Positions 1 to 9,504 of a stretch of DNA of 64,000 nt are shown piece after piece. The notes below the pieces were generated by a model. The model did no database searches and had not been told where the DNA came from. It saw nothing but the letters and a program-made list of their open reading frames with translations. This stretch comes from Promethearchaeota archaeon (GTDB taxonomy: Archaea > Asgardarchaeota > Lokiarchaeia > Sigyniarchaeales > SOKP01). Numbering within the stretch: position 1 is the first letter of the stretch; every line of letters starts with the position of its first letter. The position numbers and the translations under genes were made by a program. Location of the stretch: assembly GCA_019057865.1 (NCBI GenBank), contig JAHLWP010000021.1:1-64000 (forward strand). Direction: 5' to 3'.

Positions 1-407
1 AAATCTTTACTTTGATGTCCAAAATGATCAATTTTAACTAATTTTTGTAAAAAAAGGAAAAAAAAAGAGATTCAAAAGTAATTAATCCGACAAAAATTTG
101 AGTTTGTACTTTCTTTTCCAATTTGGTTTTAAATGGTTCGCCCTTCGTAAAAATTGTCTCATCCTTAATTCTTAAGACTTTTACGTTACAGGGTTTTTTC
201 TCCCTGTATTCCTTTTTGCCAAACTTAACAATTTCCTTTAAGACATTTCTATTGGAGATCATTATCACTATAAAATTATTTGAAAGATTAATTATATTTC
301 ATTTTTAATTTTTAGATTATTTAGTCAAAATAAGAAATTGTTAGACTCTGACAAATTTTTAATCTTGGAAAATTGTTAAATTTATTGATTTTTTAGAGGA
401 ATATATT

Positions 408-680
408 TTGGGTGAAAAATTTCTTATAGAAAATTTATTTGAATCAAAAGCTCGAATTAAAATCTTAAACATTCTGGTGAAAGAAAAAGAATTGAATATC
501 TCATCCCTCATTAATAAGACAAGACTAAATCATACTAATATTCTAAGACACCTAAATTTTCTTAAAACGCGAGACTTAATCCAAGAGAAGAAATTTGGAC
601 GTATACGAATATTTAGGTATAAAAATGAGAGCATAAAAGCAAGAGCATTAGAAAATTTCATACATATTTGGGAAGATTAA
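408..680 (+). CDS. ArsR-like winged-helix transcription regulator
   Basis: 90 aa; SKARIKILNIL...ELNISSL...LNHTNILRHLNFLK...LIQEKKFGRIRIFRY wHTH pattern; TTG start after AGAGGA. Confidence 0.8.
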   Translation: MGEKFLIENLFESKARIKILNILVKEKELNISSLINKTRLNHTNILRHLNFLKTRDLIQEKKFGRIRIFRYKNESIKARALENFIHIWED

Positions 681-913
681 TTTGATTTTTTTCACAGATT
701 CTATATTATGTTAATAGTGGTTTAAGTTAGGGCTTCGTTTAAATCCTGTTAATAGTTTTTTGAGAAATTATTTTTCATTTTTATTTGTTATAACAATTAA
801 TAAAAACTAAAAAAAGTAAATTCTTTTAAATTTTTTAGAAATATACAATTATCATAGATAAGTTATTTAAGCTAAACTAATCCTAATTTATTCAGAAGTG
901 TGGTTTGTTTTAA

Positions 914-2395
914 ATGGAATTCTATAAATTTATGGGATTTGAATTAATAGAAAAAATAAAAAGCAAAGAAATTACAATTCAAGAGGTTATCCAAAAGACT
1001 TATGAGAGAATTGAAAAAACTGAGGAATTAATACATTCTTTTGTGCATTTATCAAAAGAGAGAGCATTGAAGAGAGCTAAAAAATTAGATGCTCAATTAA
1101 AGGATGGTAAAACTACTGGAAAAATTTTTGGATTACCAATTGGTGTAAAAGATTGTATATGCATAAAAGACAGTCCTACTACATGTGGTTCTCAAATATT
1201 AGAAGGATATCGACCTCCTTATAATGCAACTGTTATAGATTATTTAATTGAAAGGGAAGGAGCTATTTCTGTAGGGCGTACAAATATGGATGAATTTGCT
1301 ATGGGTTCTTCAACAGAAAATAGCAGTTATGGTCCAACCTATAACCCATGGGATTTAGAGCGAGTTCCTGGAGGATCTAGTGGGGGCTCTAGTTCGTGTG
1401 TCGCATCAGGACAGACACCTGTCTCCTTAGGAAGCGACACCGGTGGTAGTATCAGGTGTCCTGCCGCATATTGTGGAATTGTTGGTATAAAACCCACCTA
1501 TGGAAGGGTCTCCAGATATGGATTAGTCTCTTACGCAAACTCCTTAGATCAAATTGGGCCATTAGCGCGATGCGTGTACGATGTAGCATTAATACTTGAA
1601 ATAATCGCAGGGTATGATCCTTTAGATTCAACAACCGTAGATATTGGAGTTGATGAGTATACAAAAGAACTAAATAGATCTATAGAAAAAAAGACTCTGG
1701 GTATCCCTATAGAATTTTTTGGAGAGGGTTTACAGAAGGATGTTAAAGAAAAAGTAAAAAATTCGATAGAAAAGTTGGAGAGTTTAGGGGCAAATACGGT
1801 AGAAGTTTCATTCCCTCACTTAGAGTATACAATTCCTACGTATTATTTAATAGCAATGAGCGAAGCTAGTTCAAATTTAGAACGGTATGATGGATTAAGG
1901 TATGGAAAGATGAGTGATGATTTAAAAGGAGATGTATACGAAGTATTTAGTAGAACACGCGGTGAAAGATTTGGATCAGAAGTAAGAAGAAGAATTATCC
2001 TTGGTACATATACACTATCAGCGGGATATTATGATATGTTTTATATTAAAGCATTGAAAGTAAGGACTCTAATTAAGAAGGATTTCCAAAACGCTTTTGA
2101 AAAGTGTGATGCAATAGTATGTCCAACAATGCCAACTACAGCATTTAAAATAGGGGAATTAGTTGATGATCCTTTGCAAATGTACTTAATGGATGTGTTA
2201 ACATGTCCGGTAAACCTCGCAGGATTACCAGGACTCTCCATTCCTTGCGGTTATGATAACAAAGGACTTCCTATTGGGTTTCAAATTATAGGAAATTATT
2301 TCGATGAAAAGACAATTTTAAATATCGGTTATCAGCTTGAACAAGAATTAAATATATATCGTAAAATTCCATCATTAACAATTAGAGGTAAATAA
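914..2395 (+). CDS. gatA: Asp/Glu-tRNA(Asn/Gln) amidotransferase subunit A
   Basis: Amidase signature GGSSGGS, GSDTGGSIRCPA, NMDEFAMGSSTENS, EVRRRIILGTY; followed directly by gatB. Confidence 0.97.
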   Translation: MEFYKFMGFELIEKIKSKEITIQEVIQKTYERIEKTEELIHSFVHLSKERALKRAKKLDAQLKDGKTTGKIFGLPIGVKDCICIKDSPTTCGSQILEGYRPPYNATVIDYLIEREGAISVGRTNMDEFAMGSSTENSSYGPTYNPWDLERVPGGSSGGSSSCVASGQTPVSLGSDTGGSIRCPAAYCGIVGIKPTYGRVSRYGLVSYANSLDQIGPLARCVYDVALILEIIAGYDPLDSTTVDIGVDEYTKELNRSIEKKTLGIPIEFFGEGLQKDVKEKVKNSIEKLESLGANTVEVSFPHLEYTIPTYYLIAMSEASSNLERYDGLRYGKMSDDLKGDVYEVFSRTRGERFGSEVRRRIILGTYTLSAGYYDMFYIKALKVRTLIKKDFQNAFEKCDAIVCPTMPTTAFKIGELVDDPLQMYLMDVLTCPVNLAGLPGLSIPCGYDNKGLPIGFQIIGNYFDEKTILNIGYQLEQELNIYRKIPSLTIRGK

Positions 2396-2396
2396 A

Positions 2397-3860
2397 TTGG
2401 ACGATGCTCCTGATGATGTTATTATAGGATTAGAAGTTCATATCCAACTTGCAAATTTGAAAACAAAATTATTCTGTAGTTGTAGTAGTGACTATCGAGA
2501 TGCTGAGCCAAACACTTATTTATGCCCAATATGTATTGGATTACCAGGGTCATTACCTGTAATAAATAAAAAGGCAGTCGAATTTGCTACTAGATTGGCA
2601 TTAGCGTTAAATTCCGAGATTAATCAATCGATGTATTTCTTCCGAAAAAACTATTTTTATCCAGATCTACCGAAAGGTTTTCAGATTACTCAATACAACA
2701 AGGCAGGAGGTAAAGCTTTTGCTGATGGTGGGAAAGTTACGATAAAAATAAACTCCTATAAGAAAGATATTCTTCTAAATCGAATACATCTTGAAGAAGA
2801 TCCGGCAAGATTGGTTCATAAGGGAAGTATAAGAGCATCCCCCTATACTTTAGTGGATTATAATCGTTCAGGAATTACTTTAATTGAAATAGTTACAGAA
2901 CCAGTTCTGAGTTCACCTGCAGAAGCAAGAGAGTTCCTAAATCAGCTTAAATTGATTGTTCAATATACTGGAATCTCAGATTTAAGTTTAGAGGGTGCCT
3001 TGAGGGTAGATGCGAATATTTCAATCAAAGGACACCCCAGAGCGGAAGTGAAGAATATAAATAGTTTTAAAGAAGTTGAAAGTGCCTTAATGTATGAAAT
3101 AACTAGGCAAAAACATGAAATAAAAAAAGGAAAAGAGATTATGCAAGAAACAAGACATTGGGATGGAAGAGTTACTATACTATTGAGAACAAAAGAGTTT
3201 GAAAAAGATTATAGATATTTTCCAGAACAAGATTTAGTTCCTATTGTAATCACGAAAGAATTTATTGACGAAATAAAAGACTATTTGCCAGAAATGCCAA
3301 ATGAAAAAGTTTTACGCCTTCAAAAACAATATATGTTATCCGAGTTTGACGCTGAAAATCTAATCCTGGACAAAACTATTGCTGATTTTTATGAAAACGG
3401 AGTTAACAAAGACCCTACATTTGGTCCTGATGAATATAAATTGTATTGCAATTGGCTTATGAATGATATTGTTGGTTGGTTAAATGAAAATAACAAAAAA
3501 ATCGATGAAACTAAACTAAAACCAAGTCACATTATAGATTTAATTTCGAATATTAAAAAGGGAAATACTACTACTAAAATTGCAAAAACTCTCATAGGTG
3601 ATATGATGAAAGGAAACTCTATCTCAAAAATGATTAAAGATAAAGGTAAAAAACGGATTTCAGAAGAATCTATACTTGAAAAATATTCCCGAGAAGTGAT
3701 TGATGAAAATCCTATGATTAAAGATGATTGTCGCAAAAACCCTAAAGCAATAGAAGCATTAATTGGTAGAGTCATGGGAAAGACTAAAGGGCAGGCTGAT
3801 CCTAAAATAACAAGACAGATAATGCTTAAACTTTTAAGGGATATGAGGATTATCGATTAA
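2397..3860 (+). CDS. gatB: Asp/Glu-tRNA(Asn/Gln) amidotransferase subunit B
   Basis: IGLEVHIQL, RKNYFYPDLPKGFQITQ, HLEED, DYNRSG..LIEIVTEP, EVKNINSF, YRYFPE, C-terminal YqeY-like domain. Confidence 0.97.
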   Translation: MDDAPDDVIIGLEVHIQLANLKTKLFCSCSSDYRDAEPNTYLCPICIGLPGSLPVINKKAVEFATRLALALNSEINQSMYFFRKNYFYPDLPKGFQITQYNKAGGKAFADGGKVTIKINSYKKDILLNRIHLEEDPARLVHKGSIRASPYTLVDYNRSGITLIEIVTEPVLSSPAEAREFLNQLKLIVQYTGISDLSLEGALRVDANISIKGHPRAEVKNINSFKEVESALMYEITRQKHEIKKGKEIMQETRHWDGRVTILLRTKEFEKDYRYFPEQDLVPIVITKEFIDEIKDYLPEMPNEKVLRLQKQYMLSEFDAENLILDKTIADFYENGVNKDPTFGPDEYKLYCNWLMNDIVGWLNENNKKIDETKLKPSHIIDLISNIKKGNTTTKIAKTLIGDMMKGNSISKMIKDKGKKRISEESILEKYSREVIDENPMIKDDCRKNPKAIEALIGRVMGKTKGQADPKITRQIMLKLLRDMRIID

Positions 3861-3886
3861 AAAAGAGAAAAAATTTTATTATATTA

Positions 3887-4249
3887 CTATATTAAGCTGC
3901 TTAGTGCCTTAGCAGCAGCAGCTAATTTTAAATTAATTATTCCTAATTTGGCATCTACAGTCGCAATTATTGTGAGAATATTTCCTTTAATTTCACTAAA
4001 AAGTATTTTACCCTTCTCAGATTCTATTATTGCGCTGTGAAATGATCCTTGTTCTAATTCTCTCGTAGCACGTTGACTTGCTTTTAGGATAAGTGTGACC
4101 ATTGCAGCCAAGGCTTCGGGATCTACCCATCCTGGTAAAGCACTACCTTTAATCAACCCAAATTTTTCTATAATAGCAGCTCCATGAACTCCTTTTATAG
4201 TTTTAAGAGAATCTAAAATATTTGATATTTGATCACTCATCGAACTCAA
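3887..4249 (-). CDS. Roadblock/LC7 (MglB-like) domain protein
   Basis: 120 aa; GVHGAAII..GLI...LP...D.EALAAM..ILKASQRA..EL..G....IIESEKGKIL pattern. Confidence 0.85.
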   Translation of the reverse strand: MSSMSDQISNILDSLKTIKGVHGAAIIEKFGLIKGSALPGWVDPEALAAMVTLILKASQRATRELEQGSFHSAIIESEKGKILFSEIKGNILTIIATVDAKLGIINLKLAAAAKALSSLI

Positions 4250-4322
4250 TTTATTTGATTATATTAAGATAATTAATTCTATAATTATATGTTAGATTTA
4301 ATATATTTAAGTATTAAAAGTT

Positions 4323-5501
4323 TTGAGATTAAGATTAGTTAAGAAAAGGATTCATATGGGAAACATTATTTATCGTCATTATAAATCGGGGGATGATCAA
4401 CAATTAGCTAATTTATTTAATATTACATTTCAACAGGGAGGTGGTGGATTTGTGAGAACTCCTAAAACTTGGGCTTGGAGATATGTTCAATCACCTGGAT
4501 TTGAACCCGAGATGTGTCAAATTGCAGAAGATGTTGATAAGAATCTAATTGTAGGTGCCGTTTATGCCAATTTAGTGGAAAGAATTCCTTTAGGTAATAG
4601 TGAATATTTGATAGGAGATATTAATGATGTATCATGTCATCCGGATTATGCAAAGAAAGGTATAGCAACCAATTTAATGAAAATGGCAATTGAATATATG
4701 CAAAAAAGGGGATGTGATTTATCGATACTATCAACAGGCTATAAGGGTTTTGCTCGGAAAAAGCTATACAAGAAATTAAATTATAAGGATGTGAATAAAG
4801 AAATATTTTTCATACACATCCCAAATATATTAAGGCTAATAAGAGACATGTATGCTTTTGCGATTTTATTCCCTGCCCTTTTTATTTATTCTTATATTCC
4901 ACGCTTTATTAACAGAATAAAAATAAAATCATATCCCTCTTTTAAGGATTTTACTTTTGACATTAATCACAATAAAAAACATTTTGAGTATATGAGAGCT
5001 GTTAATAAGATTCTTCCAAAATATTATACAGGTTTTCCTAAATATAATAAAGAAAAATTCCTATGGTCACGTGTTAATGTTCCTGCGAAAAGACAGAGAC
5101 CTACATATGTAATTATAAGAAAAAAAGAGATGATTATTGGCGGAGCAATAATAACCCACCAAAACTATTATGTTTTTAAATATGGAATAAAAATACGAAT
5201 TGGGTTAATTCATGAAATTTTTCTCTATAAAAATCAATTCAAAAATAAAAAAGATATGCAACTAGGATATATTTATTTAATTGATAAGATTTTAAAGGCT
5301 GCTACGCGTCGATTCTTAGGAATCATAATTTATGAATCTGCATCTAAAGATCATGATTTACATAGAGGTTTTAAAGCCTTTAATTTCTTAAAATTCGAAA
5401 ACGATATATTAATGATAAAAGTATTAAAAAAAAATATTAAACAACCAAGATTTAAAAAACCAATTTTTATTTCTCCAAGTGTCTCAATTGGTGTTCCTTA
5501 A
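4323..5501 (+). CDS. GNAT family N-acetyltransferase (two-domain); true start probably ATG 4356
   Basis: Acetyl-CoA motif A: DVSCHPDYAKKGIATNLM; LYKKLNY motif B. Confidence 0.8.
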   Translation: MRLRLVKKRIHMGNIIYRHYKSGDDQQLANLFNITFQQGGGGFVRTPKTWAWRYVQSPGFEPEMCQIAEDVDKNLIVGAVYANLVERIPLGNSEYLIGDINDVSCHPDYAKKGIATNLMKMAIEYMQKRGCDLSILSTGYKGFARKKLYKKLNYKDVNKEIFFIHIPNILRLIRDMYAFAILFPALFIYSYIPRFINRIKIKSYPSFKDFTFDINHNKKHFEYMRAVNKILPKYYTGFPKYNKEKFLWSRVNVPAKRQRPTYVIIRKKEMIIGGAIITHQNYYVFKYGIKIRIGLIHEIFLYKNQFKNKKDMQLGYIYLIDKILKAATRRFLGIIIYESASKDHDLHRGFKAFNFLKFENDILMIKVLKKNIKQPRFKKPIFISPSVSIGVP

Positions 5502-5518
5502 AAAATTTTTGGAGAATA

Positions 5519-5803
5519 ATGATTATGGAATCATCTGAAAAACTTGAAACTGAAGCAGTATATTTAAGCGATAAAAAAGAGCCAAAAATATATGTTTATC
5601 AAGTTAATAAAGGAAAACCTTGTAATACAATTTTAACAAATTTCAAAGAAGTTGATTGGAATGGATACAAAAAAGTTGAAAAATACAAATCGTTAACAAA
5701 ATTTCTAGAAGACGCTTACAAAGAAGGAATATATTATAAAGGGGATAAAGAAAAAAAGGAAGAGGCTTTAAATAGATTAATAAAAGGACCTAAACATCTT
5801 TAG
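5519..5803 (+). CDS. Hypothetical protein; possibly the 5' part of a frameshifted gene continuing to 6104
   Basis: 94-aa ORF with GGAG SD; ends CTT-TAG; +1 frame open from 5784 to 6104. Confidence 0.55.
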   Translation: MIMESSEKLETEAVYLSDKKEPKIYVYQVNKGKPCNTILTNFKEVDWNGYKKVEKYKSLTKFLEDAYKEGIYYKGDKEKKEEALNRLIKGPKHL

Positions 5804-5873
5804 AAGCTGTCAGGATGAAGAGAAGTCGAAAAAAGGAGATACCAGCCCAATTGCTAAGAAGATTGCAAAAGTT

Positions 5874-6104
5874 GTGGCTATAGCAGCAGTTAATATAGTT
5901 GTTTCAGTGGCATTAACTCCAGCAGCTGGTGTTATTACACAGGAACTTGCTGGTGGAGGTGCAATCAGCGGAGATGTACTTGGTCAAGCGGCAGATGCTG
6001 CAGTAGAAGGTCTTCAAAGTTTGGCAGATCCTACAAAATTGGTTAAGAAAGCTATATCAAAAGCAATTACGAAAGGAAAAGATCTACCGGGTGCAAATAT
6101 ATAA
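5874..6104 (+). CDS. Ala/Gly-rich hydrophobic segment; possibly the 3' part of the 5519 gene
   Basis: Protein-like composition; no SD next to the GTG; frame open upstream to 5784. Confidence 0.5.
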   Translation: MAIAAVNIVVSVALTPAAGVITQELAGGGAISGDVLGQAADAAVEGLQSLADPTKLVKKAISKAITKGKDLPGANI

Positions 6105-6191
6105 TGAAATAATAACTTTCTTAACATACTATTTTCTTATTTAATTATTCATATTAAAATTCTATTTAGGACTAATTAAAAAAAAAATTAA

Positions 6192-6680
6192 GTGATTTAT
6201 ATTCCTTTCATCTCAGATTTAATGAAAAACGCTAGAGAAAGAAATATTGAAGCAGGGATCGTTCTCTTTGCTTTATGTAGCCTTATTATTTACATACCAA
6301 CCGGATATGTTTATCCTGGAGTTATTCTTTTTGCTGATTTTCAACTTCTCATTGGAGCAATCATCGGATTAAGATTTACTTTAAAAAATCAGAAACCAGA
6401 GCAAGAAACTCTAAAAACTGGTGTTATAGCTGGAGTTGGTGGGGGTGCTTTATCTGCAATATTTATAGGTTTTTATGAATGGATTATCTTATCTATATTA
6501 GAGGGATTGTACCTTGTTGCACTTTTTTCGTTTATTTTTTACATTCTTATATCAGGAGTAGTTATTGGCTTAATAATGGGAGCATTAATGAGTACCTTCT
6601 ATATGTATAAAGAAATAAAAAGACCAGATGAAGATAAACATATTGATGAAGATTTCTTTAAAGATTTGATTGAAGATTGA
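6192..6680 (+). CDS. Four-TM membrane protein of unknown function
   Basis: Four hydrophobic segments with GxxxG-like motifs; acidic C-terminal tail. Confidence 0.7.
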   Translation: MIYIPFISDLMKNARERNIEAGIVLFALCSLIIYIPTGYVYPGVILFADFQLLIGAIIGLRFTLKNQKPEQETLKTGVIAGVGGGALSAIFIGFYEWIILSILEGLYLVALFSFIFYILISGVVIGLIMGALMSTFYMYKEIKRPDEDKHIDEDFFKDLIED

Positions 6681-6770
6681 GTTCTTAGCAGAATTTAAGA
6701 AATCAAAAATTGGACTCTTTAAGAGATTAATATCTCATTACTTTTTTTTACTTAAAAATAAACAAAGTGT

Positions 6771-7058
6771 TTGTACGAAATGAGTAAAGTAATAAAATGG
6801 AAATATGCTGATTTTTTTCAATCAAGAAGAGAAAAATTAATTAATCTGCTTTTTAGCGAGATAATTTTTCTAAATTCTCATATAAACAAATCTAAAATTT
6901 TAAATGAGCAACAATACCTTAGAAATGCATTAAACAAACTTGAATATACTTTAAACTTTTTGAAAAATTTTGAAAAAGATTTATCAGATAAAGAATTTGA
7001 TAAATTTATAAAGGTTATTTATGAAATTATTAAGGAAATTGTTGTAAATATTGAATAA
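6771..7058 (+). CDS. Hypothetical helical protein
   Basis: 95-aa ORF, no motif recognised. Confidence 0.45.
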   Translation: MYEMSKVIKWKYADFFQSRREKLINLLFSEIIFLNSHINKSKILNEQQYLRNALNKLEYTLNFLKNFEKDLSDKEFDKFIKVIYEIIKEIVVNIE

Positions 7059-7115
7059 AAAAAATTGGAGTAAAAATATTTTTTAAAAATAAAAAAAAAA
7101 TAAATTAAAATAATA

Positions 7116-8057
7116 TTACATTTTAACCATATCGCCTAAAAGGGCATACAAATTTTCTCTTTTGGGTGCTCTTTTCATTAATTCTCTAATTCTTTCGGCT
7201 ATTAATTGTGGTGTAAATGGTTTGTGATCATTTTTGATTTGATTAACAGTATGCCATCCTTGGAATAGCATAACACGATCGCCTACGACTCTAAATACCT
7301 CTCCACTAATTCTTTTAGCTTTATCTGATGCTAAGAATACAAGCATTGGTGCTACATTAGCAGGATTGAAAACATCAAGTCCTGTTTCATCAAGTTTATT
7401 CATTATTTCAACCATTTGCGGAGTAGCATCTGTGGTTAAACGAGTTCTTGCCAAAGGAACGATACAATTAACAGTAGCATATTTTTTTAATTCTGCTGAA
7501 GCGTTCATAGTAAAAGCAGCAATGCCCGCCTTTGCTGCTCCATAATTGGTTTGTCCTACATTTCCGGTTAAACCAGCATCTGATGCAGTATTTATAATTC
7601 TACCGAAATTCCCTAGTGATTCATCTGCTTTACCTTTCTGCCTAAAATAAGCTGCAGCGTGTCGTGTCATATTGAAAGTACCCTTTAAATGTACAGCAAT
7701 TACATCATCAAATTCTGCTTCTGTCATATTAAAAAGCATTCTATCTCGGAGGATACCAGCGTTGTTTACAAGAATATCTAACTTCCCAAATTCAGATATT
7801 GCTTGATCAATCATTGCTTTAGCTTTATTAAAATCAGTGACAGAATCATAATTAGCAACAGCTTTGACTCCTAATTTTTGCACTTCAGCCACAACTTCAT
7901 CTGCAATCTTACTTTCTTGGCCACTTCCATCAAAAGCAGCTCCTAAATCGTTGATAACTAAATTGCATCCTTCTTTTGCCATAGCTAAGGCTTCTTCATG
8001 CCCTAAACCACGCCCAGCGCCAGTAATTATGGCTGCTTTACCATCTAACATTCCCAT
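7116..8057 (-). CDS. SDR oxidoreductase, MFE-2/HSD17B4-like 3-hydroxyacyl-CoA dehydrogenase type
   Basis: TGAGRGLG, VINDLG, NNAGILRD, GNVGQTNYGAAKAG (YxxxK). Confidence 0.9.
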   Translation of the reverse strand: MGMLDGKAAIITGAGRGLGHEEALAMAKEGCNLVINDLGAAFDGSGQESKIADEVVAEVQKLGVKAVANYDSVTDFNKAKAMIDQAISEFGKLDILVNNAGILRDRMLFNMTEAEFDDVIAVHLKGTFNMTRHAAAYFRQKGKADESLGNFGRIINTASDAGLTGNVGQTNYGAAKAGIAAFTMNASAELKKYATVNCIVPLARTRLTTDATPQMVEIMNKLDETGLDVFNPANVAPMLVFLASDKAKRISGEVFRVVGDRVMLFQGWHTVNQIKNDHKPFTPQLIAERIRELMKRAPKRENLYALLGDMVKM

Positions 8058-8200
8058 TTTTAATACTCACTTTAGATTTTTCTTATCATTTTTAAATTTA
8101 ACTTATTATGAATAATTAAGAACGATTTTTAAACTTAAAAAATTTTTATAATTTGATTTGATAATAATTCTTCTTTTCTATTTTACAAAGTGACGGGATT

Positions 8201-8695
8201 ATGAATTTAATCACTCATGTTTTAATTGGTATATTCATTCAAATTTTATGTTTTAAGTTTTTTACTTTTCCCTTTAACTATTTATTCACTTTACTCATTG
8301 CTTTTTTATCCCATTTTATAGTTGATGCATTTGCAAAAATTACATATCATACTCCTGAACCTTATTGGGATGATAAATTCTGGGTTTCTTGGAATATAAC
8401 TGTGCGTATTTCTGGTTATATTGCAATATTTCTTTTCTTTCCTTATTATTTAGGAATGTTATTTGCTAATTTACCAGATATTTGGGATTGGGTTATAATA
8501 AGACGAATTCAAAAGAGAAGAAATATAAATGGAAAAACAGATTACCACCATAGCAACTTTTTCCATAGAATTGTAGATAAAATCAGAGAAAAAACACTCT
8601 ATTGGCTTCCAAATTGGAACTATAAAAAGTTTGGAGTCATACCAGAAATCCTTGTAATAATAGTTTTAATTATTTCAATTATTTTACTAAGATAG
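8201..8695 (+). CDS. Membrane protein, metal-dependent hydrolase-like
   Basis: N-terminal THVL, SHFIVD and LPD motifs among hydrophobic segments. Confidence 0.55.
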   Translation: MNLITHVLIGIFIQILCFKFFTFPFNYLFTLLIAFLSHFIVDAFAKITYHTPEPYWDDKFWVSWNITVRISGYIAIFLFFPYYLGMLFANLPDIWDWVIIRRIQKRRNINGKTDYHHSNFFHRIVDKIREKTLYWLPNWNYKKFGVIPEILVIIVLIISIILLR

Positions 8696-8700
8696 TCATT

Positions 8701-9099
8701 TTATTCTTTTCCTATACTATCAGAATTTTTAAAATAATACAAATGACTTTTGCAATTACAATCAGAAGATCCAAAATCTTTAATATAACCATCAGTACTA
8801 TCCATTAATTCGTTAGATATTGTACATTCCCATCTTTTGGTGGATGGAATGAGATATAAACGCCTTATATTTGAATTTTTATTAGCTAATAAGTAATCAA
8901 TGTGCCAATGGATCTTTTTATTATTTGTAGAAGATAAATGTCTTTTTACTCTATTCACTAAAGTTGATGAATTTGCAGTTCCCATCGCTGAACCTACATA
9001 AAAATAAAAACCTCTATTAAATAGAATGTAGCCTAAAGAGCCAATTTGAATCTCTGAATTTTTACGTAAATTAATAACTAAAATATAGGTACCTTTCAT
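8701..9099 (-). CDS. GIY-YIG/Uri superfamily endonuclease (DUF123-like)
   Basis: KGTYIL...YFYVGSA, RVKRH, HWHIDYLL, EC, FGSSDCNCKSHL. Confidence 0.88.
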   Translation of the reverse strand: MKGTYILVINLRKNSEIQIGSLGYILFNRGFYFYVGSAMGTANSSTLVNRVKRHLSSTNNKKIHWHIDYLLANKNSNIRRLYLIPSTKRWECTISNELMDSTDGYIKDFGSSDCNCKSHLYYFKNSDSIGKE

Positions 9100-9282
9100 T
9101 TATTTACATTTTTTTTTATGATGATGAAAACATCCGTCACATAAATATTCCCCACAATTCTTACAAACATTAGCACACATGTCACATATTGAATTCCCAC
9201 ATTCATAGCAAGAAAATATTTCATCCTCAACATTTTCGCCGCAGTTTTCACAGAACTTAGAATCTTCACTCATTTTTACCAC
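9100..9282 (-). CDS. Small Cys-rich zinc-finger protein (ATG 9273 likely start)
   Basis: Five CxxC pairs plus HHH; stop codon abuts the ATG of the GIY-YIG gene. Confidence 0.75.
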   Translation of the reverse strand: MVKMSEDSKFCENCGENVEDEIFSCYECGNSICDMCANVCKNCGEYLCDGCFHHHKKKCK

Positions 9283-9504
9283 ATTATAAAATACTTTAAT
9301 TAAATATATCTAAGTAAGCTTAAAAACATCCATTATTCAATGGTAAATAATATCTTAGTAGATTAAACTACTAGTTTAAAAATTATTTCGTTATAACATT
9401 ACATATTTCCAATTAAAAAATTATGAAATATAAAAAAAATTTATCTTAGAACTTATTATTAATATTACTTAAAACAATTCAAAACACAAATAAAGGATGA
9501 TAAA

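Noticed and set aside
1-407. AT-rich region as a replication origin; hairpin TACAGGG-N8-CCCTGTA at 187-208; ORFs 38-268 and 123-308
   Set aside because: No ORB-like repeats and no cdc6 visible in the window; a single 7-bp stem is insufficient; the ORFs lack motifs.
5801-5803. Pyrrolysine or readthrough at the TAG
   Set aside because: The same frame hits TGA a few codons later (5816-5818); the long continuation is in the +1 frame.
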